Shown one piece after another: positions 57,947 to 64,000 of a stretch of DNA of 64,000 nt; positions within the stretch are counted from its first letter, which is position 1; each line of letters begins with the position of its first letter. The position numbers were made by a program, and so were the translations under genes. The notes under the pieces are model-generated. The model was not told where the DNA came from and did not search any database. It worked only from the letters and a program-made list of their open reading frames with translations. Origin of the DNA: Candidatus Poribacteria bacterium (GTDB lineage: Bacteria; Poribacteria; WGA-4E; PCPOR2b); assembly GCA_965215015.1 (NCBI GenBank), contig OZ244042.1:3776001-3840000 (forward strand). Direction: 5' to 3'.

Positions 57947-58470
57947 TTGGTCCGATCCTTTGGAACGATGTCCGGCGGTGGTGCCGCGAGTTTGACGGTT
58001 TTCTCATCAGTCAAATTGGAGAGCAGGGTTCGGATATTTTGTTGAAGGCTTGGGTGGAGAACGTCGGGGGCAATCTCAGCGAAAGGGATAAGGACAAAAC
58101 TGCGTCGGTGCATTTCGGGGTGCGGCACAATCAGATCCGGCGTATTGATGGAACATTGGTCGTAGATTAGGAGATCCAAATCTACCTCTCGTGGTCCCCA
58201 ACGGGTACGATGCTGTCGTCCAACGCCTCCTTCAATACCCTTTAGCAACGCCAACAACCGATGGAGTGATAGACCGGTTTCGACAGCGACAACGCCGTTC
58301 AGAAACCAATCCTGTTCTTCATAGCCGACAGGCTCGGTTTCGTAGAGGGAGGAGATTTGTATTAGCAAGACGCCATCTGCTTCTAACAGCAGCCGCAGTG
58401 CTTGGGTGATATAGATGAAGCGGTCGTCTATGTTAGATCCAAAACCGATGTATGCGTGTGCCATTGTCAA
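57919..58470 (-). CDS. folK: 2-amino-4-hydroxy-6-hydroxymethyldihydropteridine diphosphokinase
   Basis: YIGFGSNI, SSLYETEP, FLNGV, WGPREVDLDLL, PHPEMHRRSFVL. Overlaps the XPB start by 28 bp. Confidence 0.95.
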   Translation of the reverse strand: MTMAHAYIGFGSNIDDRFIYITQALRLLLEADGVLLIQISSLYETEPVGYEEQDWFLNGVVAVETGLSLHRLLALLKGIEGGVGRQHRTRWGPREVDLDLLIYDQCSINTPDLIVPHPEMHRRSFVLIPFAEIAPDVLHPSLQQNIRTLLSNLTDEKTVKLAAPPPDIVPKDRTKCHTTHKTH

Positions 58471-58996
58471 CTCGTTAAATAGCCCTCTGTAACTCTTGGT
58501 GAATGAGGATAACTTGAGTGAGGGGTGCTCATAATTATTGTCTGAATCACGGATTCAGCGGAGGACACAGATAGGGACAAACGCGCAATGAATTGCGCTA
58601 CTACGGACAGGGTGATTTATGTGAGGAGTGCTCATCAGCCAGATTACGCGTGGACGACTATTCCTTGAGGCAGAGCTGGGAACGGATATATCAGCCGCCG
58701 CTGAGTTGACAGAGGCAGTCTTGGGGATTACCATGAATTCCAATCGTTTGCTCCAATTGGCCGGTAGGGGACGGTGAGATGGTAGGCGTAGATATGTTGT
58801 TTTCCTTAAAAATCGAGTGTGAGCATGGTGAAATTCCTTTGAGTTTCTAGGGTTTATCGCCAACAAGGTGTCCAAGCAGTTCCGACAGGTTTCCCCATCT
58901 GGGTCCGGTAAAGACAGTTTCCTGATATAATGGATAGGATTTTGTGCACTGCCTCACGTCCCAAAGCCACGTTGAAAGCGGTGATTAGCATTGCTC

Positions 58997-59950
58997 TTAT
59001 TCCTCTATTGAGGAAAGCCTGTCTTTCAACTGTGAGAGTTGTGCTTCTGGAAGATTGGTGATTTCGGAGATGAGCGTCATCTCCATTCCCTTGGCAAGCA
59101 TCGCCTTGGCAGTTTCAACCTTCCCTTCGATTCGTCCTTCCTGCTTGCCCTCAAGCAGACCTTCCTGCTTGCCCTCAAGCAGACCTTCTTGAAAAATCTG
59201 ACGCCTTTCTCGCTCTAACGCTGTTACTAACATCGTACTCACCTCCTCTTCACTGCGGTAAATGAAATCAAGCGATTCGTAATCTGATGATCCTATCCGA
59301 CCATGGAGAGCCAACTGCCTGAACCAGTTTAAAAACAAACTGACCGCCTGTTTGTCCACCTCCGAAGAAAACAGATTCAACAGCTCTACCTCCAGCAAAT
59401 CTAAATCGTAATGTGATTCTGCCAAAAACAAAGTTGATACTATGTTTCGGATGGTCAACAACGCTTCCTGACTGTATTGGTTCTCAGCAATTAGGAAATA
59501 CTGAAAATCTAAGGCGAAGGCACCGAGGGGTGGGTCCCGCTCAATCAACGTCGAAAGATTCACCGGGGCCGTCCAAGATGCTTCTCCATTATACAACACG
59601 ATTGGAAAAACTGCCGGCAGCCTTTTAACACCTCTGTTATTGACGAGAAAATCCATGTAAAAGTTGGTGATGTAGTTGAGGACACGCAACGCCATGAACG
59701 GGTCAACGGTGGATTGAAACTCGATGAGAATATAGATGTAGACCTCACGGTCATGAAACTGGATTTTGTAGATTAAGTCACTCTCGGTTTCTTTGTAGTG
59801 TTCGGAGATAAAGGATTTATCTAGGGGTTCACAGTTGTTGAAATCCAGCTGAGCGACCCATTCTTGGTTGACGAATGTCTCAAGGAGTTGCTGAAATATG
59901 GTACGATTTGAGAATAGTTTCTTATAGCCGCTGTCGTGGATGTTCATCAT
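58997..59950 (-). CDS. Rpn/YhgA family recombination-promoting nuclease (putative transposase)
   Basis: HDSGYKKLFS, ESDLIY, ILIEFQS, PIVLYNG, C-terminal EGLLEGKQ repeats. The true start is near 59950, not 60214. Confidence 0.9.
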   Translation of the reverse strand: MMNIHDSGYKKLFSNRTIFQQLLETFVNQEWVAQLDFNNCEPLDKSFISEHYKETESDLIYKIQFHDREVYIYILIEFQSTVDPFMALRVLNYITNFYMDFLVNNRGVKRLPAVFPIVLYNGEASWTAPVNLSTLIERDPPLGAFALDFQYFLIAENQYSQEALLTIRNIVSTLFLAESHYDLDLLEVELLNLFSSEVDKQAVSLFLNWFRQLALHGRIGSSDYESLDFIYRSEEEVSTMLVTALERERRQIFQEGLLEGKQEGLLEGKQEGRIEGKVETAKAMLAKGMEMTLISEITNLPEAQLSQLKDRLSSIEE

Positions 59951-60596
59951 TAACACCTTTTGAGTCAATAGGGTAGACGGATTCTTTCCGGTGTTGAAGA
60001 AAGTTCGTCCAATCGGCGTATAACGTGAAGGCTTATGTGAACAATTCGTTCCGTTGGGGTTGCGCTGTATCACATCTTTTCCCCTTAGCACAAACTGTCT
60101 GGGACTGTGAACCAAGGAATCGTGCGAGTTTTTAGAAATCGTTTTTGCGCTATGAATCCATGGTCCGAGCTTAGCGCAAGTCCGTCCGTGTTTTGGGCAG
60201 GCACAAGCCTCCAACGCATCGGGAATAAGGGGCCCGATAGATCGGGATTTCCACTGCGATGCAACCTGCCCCTACATTGGAGTGATTTTCCAAAATTGAC
60301 AGTTTTGTGTCGAGATATGAATCTCGACCTACGGGTTCAGCACATCAATCCAACGGGACACACATATCGCCCCGCCGGGGCTTTAGGGGACAACTTGTGT
60401 TATTTTACCATATCACAGGTAGTTGTGATACGGTTTCGATATCCACACTTTCGTCGTGGATTGCATTGGTGTTGACCTTCTTCCACTGACAGGCTGGGCA
60501 ATGAATTAACCTACTACAAACCAAGAGGGGATAGGTGAGAATTGGCTCGGATATGTCTATCTAAGCCGCGCCGCGATCTGAGAGTGATGAATCGTC

Positions 60597-62228
60597 CTAC
60601 GGTTCAATTGACAATTGAATCGGCAGCTTGCCTTGAGCCTCCCGGGCCCCGACAATCACCTCGATGGCTGCAGACACAGAGGCCTCATGGCTATCGTAAG
60701 CAGCGAGGGCCGCGGAGACAAAGGGACAGTCCCGGAGCGTGTAGGGTGAACCGAACGCGATGACGATGACAGGGGTCGTCCCCGAGCTGAACTGCTGGAC
60801 GAGTGCTGCTTGTTCGTGATTCGTGATGCCAGCGATAATGACCTCGGCGGCTTCTACTTGAGGAGGGAGTTGGAGCGGGCCTTGCGCGCCAGCCGTTTTC
60901 TCCGGGATTCTTGCCTCACTCGTGTTCGGGTGATGTGCTTTAAATCTATCGAATAAAGTCGATGATGTGCTCAGGATTAGGACGGAGGTTTCTGGCTTTA
61001 ACGCTAATGGCAGGATGTTATTTCGATTCCTCACCATTGTAATTGCCCGCGATGCGATTGTTTGCGCGAGTTGTTTATGTGCATTCACCCCGACAGCCTT
61101 GTCCACTGCATCGACATCAACGAAGCGTCGGTCAAACGCCGCCCCCTTGCTTTTCAGGATACGCTTAACAGATTGGTCCAACCGGGCTTGGGAGATACGT
61201 CCGCTTTTGACCGCCGATAGCAGTGCATCAAAGACTTCAATTTGCTTTGTAGGTGTCCAGAGTACCATCACTATGTCTGCCCCGGCTTCAACCGCCATAA
61301 CCGCAGCTTCACCCGATCGGTAGCGATCGTCAATTGCCTTCATCTCCATGTCATCGGTGATGAGCAAGCCGTTAAAGCCGAGTTCCTTTCGCAAGAGATT
61401 TGTCAAGAGAGTCGGTGAAAGCGTAGCGGGTAAATTGTCATCGAAAGCAGGATAGACAATATGCGCTGTCATGATTGCAGCGACATCGGCCTCAATCGCG
61501 GCTTGAAAGGGTTGCAGCTCGAGGGCGTGGACGCGTTCCCTGTCATGGTTCACGGTTGGCAGGTCGAAGTGTGAGTCGACGGCGGTATCTCCGTGTCCGG
61601 GGAAATGCTTTGCAGTTGCCAGCACACCGTTGCGTTGTAATCCGCGGATGTAAGCGACTCCCAAACGGGAAACGAGTTCTGCCGATTCGCCGAAGGAACG
61701 GTGCCCGATAACGGGATTATGCGGATTGTTGTTGACATCCATGACCGGCGCAAAGTTGAGGTTGACCCCCACTGCGGCGAGCTCAACGGCGGTGATTTCT
61801 CCTGCGCGCTCTGCCAATTCTGTCGAATCGGTCGCGCCCAACGCCATATTGCCGGGCAGCACCGTCGCACCCTCTCTCAAGCGGATGACCCAACCTCCCT
61901 CTTGATCGATCCCAATAAACAACGGAATTTGATGCGTCGTTGCTCGTGCCAATCCTTGGAGTTCGTTCGTTAGTTCCGCCGTCTGTTTCGGGGATTGGAT
62001 ATTTTGACTAAAGAGGACAACCCCACCGACGAACCGTTCGCTGATATGGGTTTCAATCGCTTCGTTGGCTTGGGGCCCCTCGAAGCCGACCATAATGAGC
62101 TGTCCAACTTTTTCCTCGATTGTCATTTCGGCTATCATTGTGTCAATCTCCGGATCGGTGAGGGCAGAAATTGGGGCAGAGAGCACCCCGATTAGAAGTG
62201 CGGCAAGCAGGTACGAGACATCGTGCAT
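60597..62228 (-). CDS. nagZ: Beta-N-acetylhexosaminidase (GH3) with signal peptide
   Basis: EEKVGQL, IDQEGG, NFAPVMD, KHFPGHGDTAVDSH, ITDDMEM. Start is approximate. Confidence 0.9.
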   Translation of the reverse strand: MHDVSYLLAALLIGVLSAPISALTDPEIDTMIAEMTIEEKVGQLIMVGFEGPQANEAIETHISERFVGGVVLFSQNIQSPKQTAELTNELQGLARATTHQIPLFIGIDQEGGWVIRLREGATVLPGNMALGATDSTELAERAGEITAVELAAVGVNLNFAPVMDVNNNPHNPVIGHRSFGESAELVSRLGVAYIRGLQRNGVLATAKHFPGHGDTAVDSHFDLPTVNHDRERVHALELQPFQAAIEADVAAIMTAHIVYPAFDDNLPATLSPTLLTNLLRKELGFNGLLITDDMEMKAIDDRYRSGEAAVMAVEAGADIVMVLWTPTKQIEVFDALLSAVKSGRISQARLDQSVKRILKSKGAAFDRRFVDVDAVDKAVGVNAHKQLAQTIASRAITMVRNRNNILPLALKPETSVLILSTSSTLFDRFKAHHPNTSEARIPEKTAGAQGPLQLPPQVEAAEVIIAGITNHEQAALVQQFSSGTTPVIVIAFGSPYTLRDCPFVSAALAAYDSHEASVSAAIEVIVGAREAQGKLPIQLSIEP

Positions 62229-62350
62229 TATGTATTGTGCGTGACAGTGATTTGGATTCCTAACTGTAGGCTTATTTCGGAAACGACCGAAGTTATCACT
62301 ACAAAGGTCAATACTCGTCTTTGAAACGCTCATGTTAAGAAACCGTGCAA

Positions 62351-62383
62351 AGCCCCCGAGTTTTCAACAAAAAACTCGGGGCT
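62351..62383. terminator. GC-rich hairpin between the RraA-like gene and nagZ
   Basis: AGCCCCCGAGTTTT-CAACAA-AAAACTCGGGGCT, downstream of the 62435 stop. Confidence 0.4.
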
Positions 62384-62434
62384 CTAAGCTGTTCTGTATT
62401 TTCTTTTGCTATGAACCTTTTGAAGATGATGCTG

Positions 62435-63178
62435 CTACGAGTCATCTTCCTCGTCTTTGGCGGCATATGATTGACCGCCGAAGGCGGCTCGGACGTCCGC
62501 TGCAGTTTTCGCAGTTTTCAGCGCGTTAATCCGGGTTTCTTCCTCTTGTAATAATGCCTTGACATTATTCAGAACTGCTTCCGCCTTATCGGCTGGAAAC
62601 TTGCAAGCCCCATTTTCGTCCATGTGGATAAGCTCACCCGGGGAAACATCCATCCCTCCCACCGAGACGGGCACATTGACTGCATGTACAGCCATATCGC
62701 CGTGTCCTGCCGTGACACCGCTGAGCATATACTGAAATTTCATGGGACGAATTTCATCAATGTCTCGTGAGGGACCATTAGATATGGCGCCGACGCAGCC
62801 GACTGCCTTCATCGCAGCTGTCATATTTCCGCCCGCTAGGCCTGCCTTCGCGGCGAGTTGAGGCGGAAACTTTTGCTGGAAGACTAGAATCGTCGGCTTC
62901 TTTGATGCATCGAGTGCGTCAATGACATCCATAAAGGACAAACGCGAGTAATTCGGGTCCGGCAATCCATACACGCATGTGACCGCATATCCAACGAGCC
63001 GGCCTAATTCGGGATACATACAGCGGATGGATTGGTCGGTATACCAGTTCTCCGTCCAGGGATTATAAAGCCCAAGACAAAGCGGGTTTTTCGGGTAGGT
63101 AGCAACAACGTTGGTGATTGATGGTGTATCGTAGTTTCGCAATTCTTCTAAAATTTCTGTTTCCGTTAATTCTGCCAT
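62435..63178 (-). CDS. RraA/HMG-aldolase family protein
   Basis: YDTPSITN, LVGYAVT, GPSRDIDE, VSPGELIHMDENG. GGAGG RBS. Confidence 0.88.
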   Translation of the reverse strand: MAELTETEILEELRNYDTPSITNVVATYPKNPLCLGLYNPWTENWYTDQSIRCMYPELGRLVGYAVTCVYGLPDPNYSRLSFMDVIDALDASKKPTILVFQQKFPPQLAAKAGLAGGNMTAAMKAVGCVGAISNGPSRDIDEIRPMKFQYMLSGVTAGHGDMAVHAVNVPVSVGGMDVSPGELIHMDENGACKFPADKAEAVLNNVKALLQEEETRINALKTAKTAADVRAAFGGQSYAAKDEEDDS

Positions 63179-63299
63179 GAGTCACCTCCTCGCAAGTACA
63201 CTGTCAGACCAATGAGGATGGAGCCGACAATTAGTAGTCGTGCAATTGATTGCACATCGGACGGATAATAAATTAAGTACAAGTGCTGAAATCTACCCG

Positions 63300-63716
63300 C
63301 TACGGATTCGGCGGTGAGGTACAGATGAGTACCTCCATCGTCTCATTTCCTGTGTTCTCAATGCCGTGTTCGCACCATGGCGGCAGATGGATAAAGGTGC
63401 CTTCCTGCACATTGACTTTCTGGTCGGCGAGTGTCATAACGCCGTTCCCACGTAAAATGACATAGCATTCTTCGGTGTGGTGGCTGCCCGGCTCTAGCAC
63501 AACGTGAGGGGGTATATAGAACATCACCAGTCCCAGATTCTGAGCGGGTGCCTGTGGGTTGGCGGGATGGACCACACGTACGCCAATCCCTTCGCAATCG
63601 GGATATTTCACCGGCACGCCATCCTGTGCCCTGACAACATTGGGGAGCACCTTTTCCCTCGGCTTGGGAATCGGTGGTTCACCTTCGTAACCTTTGAACA
63701 TTGTAATTTTTGCCAT
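63300..63716 (-). CDS. Cupin domain protein
   Basis: HHTEECYVILRGNG...GTFIHLPPWCEHGIEN. Confidence 0.87.
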   Translation of the reverse strand: MAKITMFKGYEGEPPIPKPREKVLPNVVRAQDGVPVKYPDCEGIGVRVVHPANPQAPAQNLGLVMFYIPPHVVLEPGSHHTEECYVILRGNGVMTLADQKVNVQEGTFIHLPPWCEHGIENTGNETMEVLICTSPPNP

Positions 63717-64000
63717 TGTTGTTACCTCAATTATGTTAGTTTACTAGTTCATTAAACTGACGAATCCTATACATTAGCAATAGAACGTGAAACGTGATAC
63801 GAAAGGTAGAAACGGGCGGGGGCCCCGCCCTTACAGGGAAACTAGCAACTTGGATTATGATAGCATAAATCTCCTGTTATAATCAATCTAAAACTGTAGT
63901 ACATGAAAGGTGAGCATGGATTGCACCATGGTTACGGCATACGGAGTATGCCTACTCCTTTGGTGACACCCGTTCAGCTTCTGATTATCGCCCACAGGAG

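Noticed and set aside
59951-60214. N-terminal extension of the Rpn ORF
   Set aside because: Family similarity begins at MNIHDSGYK; the upstream part is not protein-like.

Overview
Bacterial chromosomal window of moderate GC. The expanded PhyH-type dioxygenases, Gfo/Idh/MocA oxidoreductases, RraA-like proteins, Uma2/Rpn nucleases and dense palindromic intergenic repeats suggest a Candidatus Poribacteria-like sponge symbiont; that lineage call is inference only. Housekeeping genes include pepA, an RfaE-II-type adenylyltransferase, pbpC, pcrA, gatCA, ctpA, hisF, folK, an XPB helicase and nagZ, mixed with sugar-acid catabolic genes. Four adenine DNA methyltransferase genes lie in the first 32 kb with no recognisable partner nuclease or helicase. 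The most unusual structure is at 19.5-32.3 kb. Two type IIG/Eco57I-like genes are near-identical up to the NPPY motif and carry different, AT-rich specificity regions. Each is followed by a ~154-bp-period array in which a ~98-bp inverted-repeat element alternates with silent ~55-70-bp copies of the gene's own 3' end (8 and 7 extra copies). The copies are indel-free, vary partly at synonymous sites, are combinatorially shuffled, and include tails of alleles not present in the window. Intergenic regions are dominated by several GTAG-type REP-like hairpin families and composite tandem arrays. No rRNA, tRNA, CRISPR-Cas, integrase, reverse transcriptase or RAYT transposase was recognised.
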